Counted from the first letter of the stretch, positions 17,149 to 28,095 are shown. The stretch: DNA of 40,767 nt from Candidatus Bathyarchaeia archaeon (GCA_050012755.1 JBEKGO010000024.1:1-40767), one strand, 5' to 3'. Notes: generated by a model from the sequence alone, not told the origin. Numbers and translations are program-made.

Positions 17149-18450
17149 ATGTTGAAAAATGTAAACAAAAAAATTCTTTGTTCCATACTTATGATTACAT
17201 TCTTGCTTGCGATAGAATCACAGGTACTTGTCAGTGCTGCTTCAAATGGCTGGCCAATGTTTCACCACGATTTAGCTCACACCGGCTACTCATCAAGCAC
17301 TTCGGCATCCTCTGCCACCTTACTGTGGAACTATACAACCAACAGTGTAGTTTCGGCTTCTCCAGCAATCGTTGATGGCCGCGTTTACATAGGCTCTGAC
17401 GGCGGAATCGCCTACTGCCTTGATGCGTCAACTGGTTCTGAAATATGGAACTTTACACCCCGAGCTATAACTCATGGACAATTCGGGGCAGTTTCAGCGA
17501 TAGGTTCTTCCATGGCGGTCACCGGAGGCAAAGTCTACTTTGGATGTTACGACAGAAACGTTTACTGCCTTGACGCTTCCACGGGAGACAAAATTTGGAA
17601 CTACACAACAGGAAACACTGTTGAGTCATGTCCCTCCATCTCTAACGGTTACGTTTACGTTGGCTCTTGGGACGGAAACGTCTATTGCCTAAATGCCTTA
17701 ACAGGAAGCAAGATTTGGAACTACACAACTGGAAGCCAAGTAGAATCGTCCCCAGCCATTGTGGACGGCAAAGTCTATGTTGGATCAGTCGACAGTTATG
17801 TCTACTGTTTGAATGCGCTTACTGGCGATAAAATATGGAGTTACAGAACTGGGAATCTTGTGCAGTCTTCTCCAGCAGTTGTTGATGGGCACGTTTACAT
17901 AGGGTCTGAAGACATGAACTTCTATTGTCTTGATGCTGCCACTGGTCTTCAGATATGGAATTTCAGCGCCTCAGGATGGGTTGATTCATCGCCTGCAGTA
18001 GTCAACGGGTATGTTTACGTCGGATGCACTGTCGTGAACGCGGCTCAAAATGATCTTCCTTCAAACCTTTACTGCCTTAAGGCGTCAACCGGTGAAAAAG
18101 TCTGGAATTATACTATGAAGGGAGGCGCTAGTTATTCATCTCCTGCAGTTGCAGGCGGCTTAGTATACATGGGAGATTGGGCTAACAATGTTTATTGTCT
18201 TGACGCATCAACGGGCGCTGAAATGTGGACCTTTACGGCTCAAAACCATGTGAATTCTTCTCCAGCCATTTCAGGAGGAATAGTTTACGTTGGATCATGG
18301 GACCATCATATCTACGCTTTTGGCAACCTGCAGGCACAATCAACTTCAGGTTCATCTCCATTAGAACAATTAATTCTACCAATAGCCGTTATAATTGCTG
18401 CTGTAGTCATCGCTGCCGTAATTGTGATAGTTAGACGTAGAAGGCGCTAA
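17149..18450 (+). CDS. PQQ-like (BamB-type) beta-propeller surface protein
   Basis: Signal peptide, WPMFHHD, about 8 repeats of SSPAxxxGxVYxGSxDxxxYCLxAxTG-xW, C-terminal TM and RRRRR. Confidence 0.92.
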   Translation: MLKNVNKKILCSILMITFLLAIESQVLVSAASNGWPMFHHDLAHTGYSSSTSASSATLLWNYTTNSVVSASPAIVDGRVYIGSDGGIAYCLDASTGSEIWNFTPRAITHGQFGAVSAIGSSMAVTGGKVYFGCYDRNVYCLDASTGDKIWNYTTGNTVESCPSISNGYVYVGSWDGNVYCLNALTGSKIWNYTTGSQVESSPAIVDGKVYVGSVDSYVYCLNALTGDKIWSYRTGNLVQSSPAVVDGHVYIGSEDMNFYCLDAATGLQIWNFSASGWVDSSPAVVNGYVYVGCTVVNAAQNDLPSNLYCLKASTGEKVWNYTMKGGASYSSPAVAGGLVYMGDWANNVYCLDASTGAEMWTFTAQNHVNSSPAISGGIVYVGSWDHHIYAFGNLQAQSTSGSSPLEQLILPIAVIIAAVVIAAVIVIVRRRRR

Positions 18451-18619
18451 CTCTAAGGCAATTGAAGATAGCAATTTGCCCAGACTTAAGTGCGCTCTCA
18501 CCAAACATTTGCACCTGAGAAAAACTTGCCACTTATTCTCTTGTTTGCACAGTTCTGAACCAAAGAATGCTAATTAATTTAAATACCAAAAGCTCCCAAA
18601 GTGCTGGTGAGGAAATCAT

Positions 18620-19051
18620 ATGAAAATTGCCCTGGTCTATTTTTCGCGTGGAGGAAATACTCGCAAAATCGCAGAAGCTATGGCTGAAGAACTGGGAGTA
18701 ACAGCTGTAGATGTAAAGAAGGAGCAACCCGACGTAAGCGATGTCGACTTGCTGGTTGTCGGCAGCGGAACGTACGGAGGCAAACCTGGCAAAGAAATGG
18801 TCGCTTACCTCGAAAATCTGAAACCTGTGGCAAGCAAGAAAGCGGCGTGCTTTTCCAGTTGCGCAAGCGGCGACGCCTCCAAAACGCTACAAACCATGAA
18901 AGACATCTTGAGCAAAAAAGGCTACTCCAACGTTGACTCTTTCAGTTGCTTAGGAAAGTGGCTAATGGGGCTATCCAGAAGAGGACACCCATCTGACGAA
19001 GAACTTGCCCATGCCAGAGAATTCGCGAAGAAACTAAAATCCACCGTCTAG
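18620..19051 (+). CDS. Flavodoxin family protein
   Basis: YFSRGGNTRKIAE, VVGSGTYG, GHPSDEEL. Confidence 0.9.
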   Translation: MKIALVYFSRGGNTRKIAEAMAEELGVTAVDVKKEQPDVSDVDLLVVGSGTYGGKPGKEMVAYLENLKPVASKKAACFSSCASGDASKTLQTMKDILSKKGYSNVDSFSCLGKWLMGLSRRGHPSDEELAHAREFAKKLKSTV

Positions 19052-19146
19052 CTGGCTTCTTTTTGGTGCATTATGTTGGGAAGTTCTTGACTAAATCGAT
19101 GTTAGGAAGCTCAGACCGCGTGTGCCGCTTTAGTCTTTTTCTTTGA

Positions 19147-19227
19147 TTACCTTGAAAAACTTTGTTTCCCTTTTCGTTTCAAAAGTAGTTCGTAGATTTC
19201 GTTTGAGATGGAAATTAGTCTTGTCAT
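19147..19227 (-). pseudogene. Frameshifted VapB-type (DUF217-like) antitoxin remnant
   Basis: MTRLISISNEIYELLLKRKGKQSFS, continuing VIKE only after a frameshift. Confidence 0.55.
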
Positions 19228-19355
19228 CCATTCATCAATATGTTTTGGGGAAAAATGGTAAATACCGCGTTTTTGTTGAGTTTGAGTATGATGCTTGTGT
19301 CTGAAGGCTACTGTTCGGGACCTCGCTCAAACATACCTTGTAAAGTGGTATCACG

Positions 19356-19895
19356 TTGACGGAAAAAACAACAAATAACAATAGCCCAATCTGGGTAAGC
19401 CGGGAATTCTCAAAGTGTAGCGGGTGCAGAAAATGTGAAATTGCCTGCTCGCTGAGTCATGAAAACAAGATCTGGCCTGAAGCCTCCCGAGTCCGCGTGT
19501 TCATGCTTGTTCCAGGCACAGAATTCCCACACCTATGTACGCAATGCGAGGATTATCCCTGCGTTGCAATCTGCCCGTCTAAGGCTCTGGGCATTAACAA
19601 GAAAACCAGCGCTGTCACTATCGACTCGGCAAAATGCACTGGCTGCGGAAAATGCGTAGACGCCTGCCCAGGCAAAGTTCCTCATATTCACCCGGCAACC
19701 AAGAAGATTCTTATCTGCGACTTATGCGGCGGCAACCCGCAGTGCGCCAAAGTATGCCAAGAAGGCGGCTGGAACTGCCTTCGAGTTGTAGACCGCGAAG
19801 ACCACGAGTTTAAACTTTTCGCGCGCCCGCCCGAAGAAACAGCCAAAGCTCTCGCGACAAAACTGTACGGAGAGAAGGCGGAGGAATTCCTCTAA
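19356..19895 (+). CDS. Multi-[4Fe-4S] electron-transfer subunit associated with AOR
   Basis: CSGCRKCEIAC, CTQCEDYPCVAICP, CTGCGKCVDACP, CDLCGGNPQCAKVC. Confidence 0.9.
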   Translation: MTEKTTNNNSPIWVSREFSKCSGCRKCEIACSLSHENKIWPEASRVRVFMLVPGTEFPHLCTQCEDYPCVAICPSKALGINKKTSAVTIDSAKCTGCGKCVDACPGKVPHIHPATKKILICDLCGGNPQCAKVCQEGGWNCLRVVDREDHEFKLFARPPEETAKALATKLYGEKAEEFL

Positions 19896-21763
19896 TGCTT
19901 GGCTACAATGGAAAACTCTTAGAAGTCGACCTCTCAAACTCCAGCTTCAAAGACACCACGATCCCTGACGAGTGGCTCAGAGACTACATAGGCGGCAGAG
20001 CGCTCGCCGCAAAAACCCTCAGCGAACGCCTCATTGCCAAGTGGGAAACCGTCGATCCACTCGGACCCGAAAACCTCTTATTCTTCATGCCTGGTCCGTT
20101 CACAGGCTATTTTCCCGGCGGCAGAACCTGCGTCACAGGCAAGTCGCCACAGAGCAACGGTATGGTTGGATCCACTGTCGGCGGCGAATTCGGCGTTGAG
20201 CTACGTTGCGCAGGCTACGACGGCATCATAATGTCGGGCAAAGCCGAAAAACCCGTTTACCTGTTCATTAAAGACTCTGACATAGAGCTCAGAGACGCAG
20301 GCGGCATCTGGGGCAAAGACGGTAAGCAAACCGAAGCGTTGCTCAACAAAGAATGCAGACAAGTGCTAGCCGAGCGCTATCCCCGGGTTGGCGTTTGGAG
20401 ACAGCCAGCCAAGCTGTACATAGGACCTGCGGGCGAACGGAAAGTCCGAACTTCAGTTGTTATTGCAAAGTGGACTCACGCGGCAGGCTACGGCGGCTAC
20501 GGAGCAGTCATGGGCTCGAAAAACCTCAAAGCAGTTGCGGTCAAGGGCACGGGGCCGTTGCCCGAAGTGGCGGACATGAAGAAAGTCAAGGATATGATTG
20601 ATGAGGCTTGCGAGGGCGCATATGGCAACGTGCTGTGGCGGCGATGGGGCACAGGCGGAGGCGGCTACAGCTTCGGAGCGGAAACGAGTTCCGAGCCTGT
20701 TCGCAACTGGCAGGAAGAATGGCATGACCAGAAAAGCTACGGCGTTGACCAGTTCGAAAGCAAAGTGTGGGTGAAGCCGGCTTGGAGCGACTTTGGCTGC
20801 CCCACGAACTGCCTGAAAATCAGCTGCATCCGCTCAGGCAAATACAAAGGCGCCATAACAGACAATCCCGATTATGAGTTGCAGGCTTTTCTGGGTCCGA
20901 ACTTGGGCTTGTTCACGCCCGAAGAGAACGTTTACCTGTCTTCGCTCATCGAAGATCTTGGTCTTTGCGGCATCCAAGGCGGCAGCACACTGGGCTTCGC
21001 GGCGGAACTATACCAGCGCGGTATCCTAACCAAAGCAGATCTAGACGGTATTGAGTTAAAGTGGGGCGATGTCGAAGCGTTCGCAGCGCTTTTAAGGAAG
21101 ATTGCTTCCCGAGAAGGCATCGGTGACCTATTGGCGGAAGGCACATACCGCGCAGCACTTAAACTTGGAAAACTAAAAGGCAAAAACCTCTTACCCTACA
21201 CCGTGACAAGCAAGGGCATAAGCATCGGAGCCCACGGCATCCGAAGCGGCAGAGACTTCTCACGCGAAATAGGCTACGCCTGCAGCGTACAAGGCGGCGA
21301 CCACTCATCCATGACTGACGTGCCCATTGACGGATGGGGCAGCGAAATCTGGACAATATTCAACGACTCAGCTGTCATGTGCATCTTCACGTCGTTCAAC
21401 ATAAGCCCAACTTTCAGATGGGATTTCTACACTGCCATAACAGGTCAACCTCTGCGACGAAAAGACTGGCTGAACGGTGGCGGACTGAAAACGCTACAGA
21501 TACAGCGGGCTATGTTACTCCTCGGCGGACCAGACTTAAAGTGGAACCCAACAGTTGACGATGATAACCCAGCAAGATTCTATGAGCCGTTGCCGACTGG
21601 ACCATGCAAGGGACAAGCTGCTGACCTTGCAAGCGTGAAAAGAAAAGTGATGCAATACTACGAGCAAGCAGGGTGGGACCAAAAAGGCATACCTACAAAA
21701 GAGACTCTCACAAAGCTAAAACTAAACTGTGTTAACGAGAGCTTAAACAGACTGCGTGGCTGA
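19895..21763 (+). CDS. aor: Tungsten-dependent aldehyde:ferredoxin oxidoreductase family protein
   Basis: GYNGKLLEVDLS, KSPQS, GYDGI, IGPAGE, GAVMGSKNLKAVAV, YYEQAGWD...GIP. Confidence 0.92.
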   Translation: MLGYNGKLLEVDLSNSSFKDTTIPDEWLRDYIGGRALAAKTLSERLIAKWETVDPLGPENLLFFMPGPFTGYFPGGRTCVTGKSPQSNGMVGSTVGGEFGVELRCAGYDGIIMSGKAEKPVYLFIKDSDIELRDAGGIWGKDGKQTEALLNKECRQVLAERYPRVGVWRQPAKLYIGPAGERKVRTSVVIAKWTHAAGYGGYGAVMGSKNLKAVAVKGTGPLPEVADMKKVKDMIDEACEGAYGNVLWRRWGTGGGGYSFGAETSSEPVRNWQEEWHDQKSYGVDQFESKVWVKPAWSDFGCPTNCLKISCIRSGKYKGAITDNPDYELQAFLGPNLGLFTPEENVYLSSLIEDLGLCGIQGGSTLGFAAELYQRGILTKADLDGIELKWGDVEAFAALLRKIASREGIGDLLAEGTYRAALKLGKLKGKNLLPYTVTSKGISIGAHGIRSGRDFSREIGYACSVQGGDHSSMTDVPIDGWGSEIWTIFNDSAVMCIFTSFNISPTFRWDFYTAITGQPLRRKDWLNGGGLKTLQIQRAMLLLGGPDLKWNPTVDDDNPARFYEPLPTGPCKGQAADLASVKRKVMQYYEQAGWDQKGIPTKETLTKLKLNCVNESLNRLRG

Positions 21764-21872
21764 TTCATTAAGAGAAACAAACGTGACTTGGGGGCTTAAT
21801 TCTTCGTGATGTTCAATCGAAGATGATGTTATATTTTTGATTCACCCTTTTGTTTGAAATCCTCTGGTTGCA

Positions 21873-22817
21873 TTATTTAGACAGGAATCTCCAGGAGAGA
21901 ACAATTCCAATTGCTGATAATATGACTGCGAAGGCGATTAGGACTGCAAAGTCAATGAGAAGATTGTTTGTACCTGTAGCGCCTATCAGAAGTTGTCTTG
22001 TTGCGTCATTAGCATAGCTAACTGGGTTAACGCTTACGATGTCTTGGAACCAAGTTGGCATTATTTTTGTTGGGAACAGTGCATTGCTTGCGAATAGCAG
22101 AGGAAGATTAAGCAGGTTGATTATCGCCATCTGAGTCTGCCAATCAGCGGACCTCAATGCAAGCATGGTAAACAATGCGGATAAACCTGTAGCCATAAGG
22201 AAAATGACAACAAAAGCTCCTGCAATTCCCTGTGCGGTAAAGTGAGTTATATCCATTCCAAGCAGCACAGCAATGACAAGAATTATGGCGGCTTGGATGA
22301 GTGACCTGCCAACGCTTTGCAGAATCTTCCCCATTACAATCGATCCACGTGCCACAGGTGTACTCAATGCCTTGTTTAGGAAACCAAATCTGCGGTCAAA
22401 CACAACTGACATTCCGCTGAAAGCAGAAGTGAATAGAACTATGAAAGCCAGCATTCCGCAAGCTAAGAATGAAAAGTAGCTGGTTGTTCCGAAGAAATTC
22501 TGCAGAATCGCGTTTTGTTGTGCGATCGATGCTCCTGATCCAGAAATGAAACTTCCAAAGTTCAATGCTTTTCCGAACAGTCCGAGCCAGACTATCGGTT
22601 GGATTAATGACACAAACAGTTGAACTGGATTAGTATACCACTTTCGCAGGTCTCTGTTTGTTAGCGCCCATAAACCATGTAAAGGGCTCCTGTTCAGCTT
22701 CGGAGGAGTCCTAAACGTTCTGCTGTTGCCTGTTGAATCATTCGTTTGCTTTTCTTGAGCTGTCGAATCTCCTGAAGGCGTTTCTTGGTTTAGTTTGTTC
22801 TTGTCCATGTCTGTCAC
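21873..22817 (-). CDS. ABC-2 type exporter permease (DrrB-like)
   Basis: QPIVWLGLFG, DRRFGFL...TPV, NPVSYA; six TM segments. Confidence 0.9.
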   Translation of the reverse strand: MTDMDKNKLNQETPSGDSTAQEKQTNDSTGNSRTFRTPPKLNRSPLHGLWALTNRDLRKWYTNPVQLFVSLIQPIVWLGLFGKALNFGSFISGSGASIAQQNAILQNFFGTTSYFSFLACGMLAFIVLFTSAFSGMSVVFDRRFGFLNKALSTPVARGSIVMGKILQSVGRSLIQAAIILVIAVLLGMDITHFTAQGIAGAFVVIFLMATGLSALFTMLALRSADWQTQMAIINLLNLPLLFASNALFPTKIMPTWFQDIVSVNPVSYANDATRQLLIGATGTNNLLIDFAVLIAFAVILSAIGIVLSWRFLSK

Positions 22818-22819
22818 TT

Positions 22820-23848
22820 CTACGATCTTGCTCTTCTCAAAGTTGCACGTTGACGAAACATCTGAAGCTTATCAACTTCTTCTTCTCTGAGGTTACGTCC
22901 TGTAAATTCTAAATATGCCTCGTCCAAAGTTGGCTTTGTTAGAGAGACTTTCGTAACATGAAGCCCTTTGGACCGAATAAGATCAGTGATCTGTGGCGAA
23001 GCCTCTTCCCCGAGCTCCACCTTGATGCGATAAGTATTTTCGTTTTTCTTTACGCCTTTTACTAACTCGATTTTAGCAATATCAGGTGAAATGTCCGGCT
23101 CCGGTTCTTTCACGACTACAGTGATTACGTCCCCTCCGATGCTTTCTTTCAGTTCCTCAGGGGAGCCGATTTTTATAATGTGACCATGATCGATTATGGC
23201 TATTCTATCGCAGAGGGAGTCGGCTTCTTCAAGATAGTGAGTTGTCATGAAAAGAGTCATGCCGTAATTTTCTTTTAGCATTTTTATGTATTTCCAGATG
23301 ACAGTGCGTGTTTGAACGTCGAGACCAAGCGTTGGTTCGTCGAGGAAAAGCAGTTTTGGATAGTTGATTAAACCGTTGGCCAGTTCCAGTCGCCTGCGCA
23401 TTCCTCCTGAGTACGTGCTGACCTTTCTGTTTGCTGCGTCTTGAAGCTCAACCAATTTCAAAAGTTCTTCCGCATGCGCCTTTGAATCGCTTCTAGGTAT
23501 CCCATAGAGGTCGGCGCAGAGAAGGATGTTCTGAAGTCCAGTCATGTCTTCGTCGGCTGTATATTCTTGCGGTACAACTCCGACGTTTCTTCGCACTTCG
23601 TTTGCCTCTTTGAATATGTCATAGCCACATATTTTCGCGAAGCCAGAAGTGGGCTTAAGTAGCGTCGTAAGCATGTTGATGGTGGTGGTCTTGCCTGCTC
23701 CGTTGGGGCCAACGAAACCAAAAATCTCTCCTTCTTTGACCTCAAAACTGATATTGTCAACGGCTTTCAGATTTCCAAAAGTCTTTGAAAGGTTCTCGAC
23801 TTTTGCAATGATTGAAGACACATGGTTTCCTGTTTCTGTTGCAGACAT
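22820..23848 (-). CDS. ABC exporter ATP-binding subunit (DrrA-like)
   Basis: GPNGAGKTT, YSGGMRRR, LFLDEPT, TTHYLEEA. Confidence 0.95.
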   Translation of the reverse strand: MSATETGNHVSSIIAKVENLSKTFGNLKAVDNISFEVKEGEIFGFVGPNGAGKTTTINMLTTLLKPTSGFAKICGYDIFKEANEVRRNVGVVPQEYTADEDMTGLQNILLCADLYGIPRSDSKAHAEELLKLVELQDAANRKVSTYSGGMRRRLELANGLINYPKLLFLDEPTLGLDVQTRTVIWKYIKMLKENYGMTLFMTTHYLEEADSLCDRIAIIDHGHIIKIGSPEELKESIGGDVITVVVKEPEPDISPDIAKIELVKGVKKNENTYRIKVELGEEASPQITDLIRSKGLHVTKVSLTKPTLDEAYLEFTGRNLREEEVDKLQMFRQRATLRRARS

Positions 23849-23859
23849 GTAAGATCACC

Positions 23860-24282
23860 TTAAAACCTAACTAAGATTTTGTCTCCTTCTACTTTCACTT
23901 CATATGTTTGTACATCGTAAGTTTTTACGGGGTCCACTAGTTTTTTAGCATAAATCAGGAATTTCTGCATCTCTTCGGGAAGCTTATCGAGGTTTCCAAA
24001 CGATTCTTCCTGAGGATCTTTGATTTTTTGGCCTGTGGTAACATCAAACTCTGCGAAATGAAATGGACAAACAACGGTTTTTCCTTTTAATGCTCCCATT
24101 GAAAGCATGGCGTTCATGTGTCCACATCTATCATTCATGGCATAGAATTTGCCGTCAACATTAGCTATTAAGACAGCTACGCCGTTCACATCCACACTTT
24201 TCATTTTTCCCAGCTCTATTTCACTGGTCTTAGCAACTTCCACAAAATCAGATTCTTCTCTCACAGTTTGCTTAAATCTCAA
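23860..24282 (-). CDS. Rieske [2Fe-2S] ferredoxin
   Basis: CGH...CPFH; start uncertain. Confidence 0.88.
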   Translation of the reverse strand: MRFKQTVREESDFVEVAKTSEIELGKMKSVDVNGVAVLIANVDGKFYAMNDRCGHMNAMLSMGALKGKTVVCPFHFAEFDVTTGQKIKDPQEESFGNLDKLPEEMQKFLIYAKKLVDPVKTYDVQTYEVKVEGDKILVRF

Positions 24283-24712
24283 TTTGAACAGAACTCCAAA
24301 ATAGAAAGATTTGTCGACCCTTATACAGTTTTTTAGGATTGAATTCTAACTTTGAACCGTTGCTTGTTTTCTCGCTGTCCACACATCTGCTTTATCCACT
24401 TTTGTTTTCTTATTGTGACGTACGGGCGGTGTGTCATACGCGCTTGTCAGCATTCCATGTCTGGTTCTGAACCGAGAGCAACAGAAAACACCGGAGATGT
24501 GATAAAGCAGCTTTCCCAACTTACTTCAACACTAGCTATCTTGACAAAGAAGCGCGCGACTCCAATAAACAATTGTTCATTGGAAAATGTTAACAGTGAA
24601 AATACATTGAAAATTTCTGGTAAAGTCTTTTATAGCATTTCGGGTTAACAGACTTAGACGTAGCTTGCAGGCATCAAGTGCACGTTATAAAACGAAAGGT
24701 TAAGGAATACAT

Positions 24713-25843
24713 ATGAAAAACAAAATTTGGAAACTAATAGGTTTGTTGACAATTATGGTCTTTGTTTTGTCAGCGGTCAACTCAGTTCATGCCCAAACAA
24801 CAATTTCAGACGGAATCGGAGTCTACCCTAGCGGAATAGCATACAATCCAAGCACAAATCAAGTGTACGCGGTCAATCCCTACGCGGGCACCATTTCGGT
24901 AATTCAGGACAGCACTAACGAAGTCATTCAAACTATAACCGGTTTGTCAGCAACTCCCCATGACTTAGCTTACGATTCAGGCACAAAAGCGATGTACATT
25001 TCCACGGATGACGGAGTAGATGTGGTACCAGACAAATCCAACAATGTTACCGCCACTATTCCAGTCGCGAATGGTTGCGTAGGCATAGCCTACGCTTCTG
25101 GCCAAAACGAGATATACGTATCCTACGAATACAGCACAAAGGTCGCGGTTATATCTGACAGCAGCAACACGATTGTTAAAAACATCACTATGCCCGAATA
25201 TCCTGGTAGCATGACTTATGATAAAACCCAAAACGAAATCTTTGTGTCAGAAGGAAATCCTTACACTGGCAATGTTGCGGTAATAACAGCTAGTCATGAA
25301 ATCCATACCACTATAAGCGTCGGAGGTGTGGGAAGTGGTCCTGGAAGCGTAGTCTACGATTCTGTCAAAAACAGTATTTACGTAACAAACAGCACTACCG
25401 TTTCCATCATCTCAGACAGCAACAACAAAATCTCTAAAGTGATCAGCAACGTGGGAGCAGCAGGGAGCTTAGTTTATGACAAAACCGACGGCAAAATATT
25501 CTGCAGTAACGGCCAAGTCATTTCTGACAGCACTAACTCTGTTGTCGCAACCCTTACTGTCGGAACTTCTCCTGCTGGCATAGCTTACGATTCAGACACA
25601 GGCTCAATCTACGTAACCAATGGCAACGACCCAGGCACAGTAACTGTGAACCTAGTTTCATCAGGTACGCCTTCAACTGAAAATCCAACTAGCTCCGCCT
25701 TGTCCTCTTCAACTTCTACTCCAACACCAGCAGTTCCAGAGTTCAGCAGTGCCGCTCTTGTTGCAGTTGCTGCAGCCATGATTGCATTGACAGTTTCCGC
25801 AGTTACATTGAAATCGAGAACAAGAAAAACCCTCCAAAAGTAA
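24713..25843 (+). CDS. YVTN/YncE beta-propeller surface protein with VPEF (PEF-CTERM-like) tail
   Basis: Signal peptide, PxGIAYD...IYVTN repeats, S/T linker, VPEF + TM + basic tail. Confidence 0.88.
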   Translation: MKNKIWKLIGLLTIMVFVLSAVNSVHAQTTISDGIGVYPSGIAYNPSTNQVYAVNPYAGTISVIQDSTNEVIQTITGLSATPHDLAYDSGTKAMYISTDDGVDVVPDKSNNVTATIPVANGCVGIAYASGQNEIYVSYEYSTKVAVISDSSNTIVKNITMPEYPGSMTYDKTQNEIFVSEGNPYTGNVAVITASHEIHTTISVGGVGSGPGSVVYDSVKNSIYVTNSTTVSIISDSNNKISKVISNVGAAGSLVYDKTDGKIFCSNGQVISDSTNSVVATLTVGTSPAGIAYDSDTGSIYVTNGNDPGTVTVNLVSSGTPSTENPTSSALSSSTSTPTPAVPEFSSAALVAVAAAMIALTVSAVTLKSRTRKTLQK

Positions 25844-25989
25844 CATAGACGGAACAGGCTGGAAAAATGAAAGAACTTTGAATTTTCCCTTTCTTTCTTT
25901 GTTTTTTGTCTTCAATTATGAAATTCTTGCCGAGCAAATCGGCAGTGTTTTGTTTTTTGTAGCGTTTGAGAAACTGTGACTTTCACTTG

Positions 25990-26361
25990 TTATTGGATGT
26001 CAATAAATAAGTCGTCGCCAACAACTTTCACTTCGTAAGTTGATAAGCTGCTGCGTGTTCCAGAGATTGCTCTTCCTGTTGTTACATCAAAGGTTGAAAG
26101 ATGTCTGGGGCAGGTAACAATTGTTTTATTCAAAGTGCCCTCGGATAAAGTAGCATTAAGATGAGGGCATCTGTCCCCAACTGCATAAAACCTGCCTTCA
26201 ACATTAGCGATCAGAATCTCTAATCCATCAACTTCCACATGCTTCATCGTGCCAGCGGGAATATCGGTTGTCTTGGCTACTTTTACAAAAGACCCAATTT
26301 GTCCGCCCACTTCAATAACTGCTGAAAAACCTTCTTGTTTAGGAATATTTTCTGCCGTCAT
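25990..26361 (-). CDS. Rieske [2Fe-2S] ferredoxin
   Basis: CPH...CPRH. Confidence 0.88.
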   Translation of the reverse strand: MTAENIPKQEGFSAVIEVGGQIGSFVKVAKTTDIPAGTMKHVEVDGLEILIANVEGRFYAVGDRCPHLNATLSEGTLNKTIVTCPRHLSTFDVTTGRAISGTRSSLSTYEVKVVGDDLFIDIQ

Positions 26362-26614
26362 AGGTGGACACTGCCTAAACAGTTTGGTTAAGTTGGATAA
26401 ATAAAATTTATGAATTGTCCGTTCAGAACAATTCTCGCATTAGATATACTTTAAGTTGTCAATGGAAAAACGACTTTGGAGTATGGTCGTTGTTTAATTG
26501 AGATTTACAAAAAATCAGGTTCAAAAGCAAAACAGCTTTTCTTGAGCCTTCAAGTCTACGTTTCGCAGCAAACGTATGGACTTACAATTCAAAAAAGAAA
26601 GGAAGTTTGGCTGT

Positions 26615-27835
26615 TTACGATGCAGTTCCTGTGGTTGGCGGGGGTCTTGTGCCCAGAACTACAGAAATGGTTATGCTCTGACTATTTCGTATAACTGCTA
26701 AGTTAATGGTTTGGTTTGGCTGGGTGAATTCTTCAAGGTAGGTTGATAAGTCGTCTGAGTTTCTGATCCTGTTCCCGTTGATGCCTACTATTATGTCGCC
26801 GCCCAAGGTTACAGTATTTCCATCTACGACAGCTTGTGTTGTTCCAACTTTGACGCCTGCTTTGTCTGCGGGACCACCACTTGTAACTTGCTGGATTAAA
26901 ACGCCGTATGTTACGCTTGTTTTCATTTGAGTTGCGATGTCATAGGTCATGTCTAAACCGCCAATGCCCAAGTATGGATGTTGGTTATAGGAACCGTTTT
27001 GTGCTAGGTCTTGGATTTCCCGCAGTATCGTGTCTGAAGGTATTGCGAAACCTAAGCCCTGTGAATCGGTAACTATTGCTGTTGTTATTCCGATTACTTG
27101 TCCTTGGTCGTTTAGAAGTGGTCCGCCTGAGTTGCCTGGGTTAATGGCGGTGCTTGTTTGAATAATGTCCGATATAGCGTAGCTGTTTGTCGTGCTTTCC
27201 GTGATTGTTCTGTTCAAAGCGCTGATTATCCCCGTCGTCATTGAACCTGTTAAACCGTAGGGACTTCCGATTGCAATTACTTGGTCGCCAACTAGTAAAT
27301 CTGATGAACTGGTGATTGTTAAGGGGACGAGTTCGCTTTGTGGCGCATCAGTTGAAAGAACAGCTAGGTCTGAGTACGCATCTGAGCCAAGCACTTTCGC
27401 GGTATATGTGTTGCCATCTTGGAATGTGACTGTAACGTTTACGGCGCTGTCAACAACGTGAAAGTTTGTGATTATAACATCTTGACCGTTGAGGCTATAG
27501 GTGAATCCTGAACCTTGAACTTGCGCGTAGGACGCTTGGTTAAACAAGTTAGTTGAAGGTTGCCAGTCTTGAACAACTACCACTGACGGCTCTACTTGCT
27601 GGTATATTTGTGAAAGTGAAGCGTTGTCCGTTAAGCTGCTGTCGCCGGTTTGGGTTGAGTCAGTTGAGCTCGTGCTTAATGGTGTCAGCTGGTTGTTTGC
27701 GCCCTGATTGTTGGAAGAGGCTGGGTGGGCTATGTAATATCCCGCTAGTCCTGCGATGAGACTGGCTAAAATGAGAAGTGTAACTATAGCGGCTGCAAGT
27801 TTGATGTTTCTTGGTTTTTTGGGTGTGGTTTCCAT
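26615..27835 (-). CDS. htrA: HtrA/DegP-like serine protease with PDZ domain
   Basis: TNFHVV, DLAVL, INPGNSGGPL, PDZ domain, N-terminal TM anchor. Confidence 0.93.
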   Translation of the reverse strand: METTPKKPRNIKLAAAIVTLLILASLIAGLAGYYIAHPASSNNQGANNQLTPLSTSSTDSTQTGDSSLTDNASLSQIYQQVEPSVVVVQDWQPSTNLFNQASYAQVQGSGFTYSLNGQDVIITNFHVVDSAVNVTVTFQDGNTYTAKVLGSDAYSDLAVLSTDAPQSELVPLTITSSSDLLVGDQVIAIGSPYGLTGSMTTGIISALNRTITESTTNSYAISDIIQTSTAINPGNSGGPLLNDQGQVIGITTAIVTDSQGLGFAIPSDTILREIQDLAQNGSYNQHPYLGIGGLDMTYDIATQMKTSVTYGVLIQQVTSGGPADKAGVKVGTTQAVVDGNTVTLGGDIIVGINGNRIRNSDDLSTYLEEFTQPNQTINLAVIRNSQSITISVVLGTRPPPTTGTAS

Positions 27836-28095
27836 AAGTTTTGATCTTCCTTTGTCTACATGAACTCTAAGCTGCTATTTTTGGTGTCGTCGGCGAGTAT
27901 AAATTTTATTCCAAATCCACCCCTAATTAATACCACAACATAGCTGCTCGTAGTTACAGTGATGTTTTTGATAGTCGCGTCGGGTTTGGTTGCTTATCGC
28001 CGACGCAACTCCTTCGCGCAGTAGTTTGACTCCAAACTTGTTCTGCGTTTACAAAACTCTCTTAAGAGCTTGTGCGGTAATATTAATAGAGTGTT

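Noticed and set aside
17300-18320. Roughly 120-bp periodic DNA repeats
   Set aside because: Explained by coding PQQ-like propeller blades, not a CRISPR array or DGR template.
19972-21558. Numerous short overlapping ORFs within AOR and other long genes
   Set aside because: Off-frame or antisense shadows favoured by higher GC; no independent motifs.
24352-24648. 98-aa intergenic ORF
   Set aside because: No motif, RBS or protein-like composition; it runs through the promoter region of the next gene.
27888-28047. Inverted repeats (CGTCGGCGA/TCGCCGACG and nearby hairpins) as a structured ncRNA
   Set aside because: Short stems with no recognisable family; could be chance or regulator sites of the divergent promoters.
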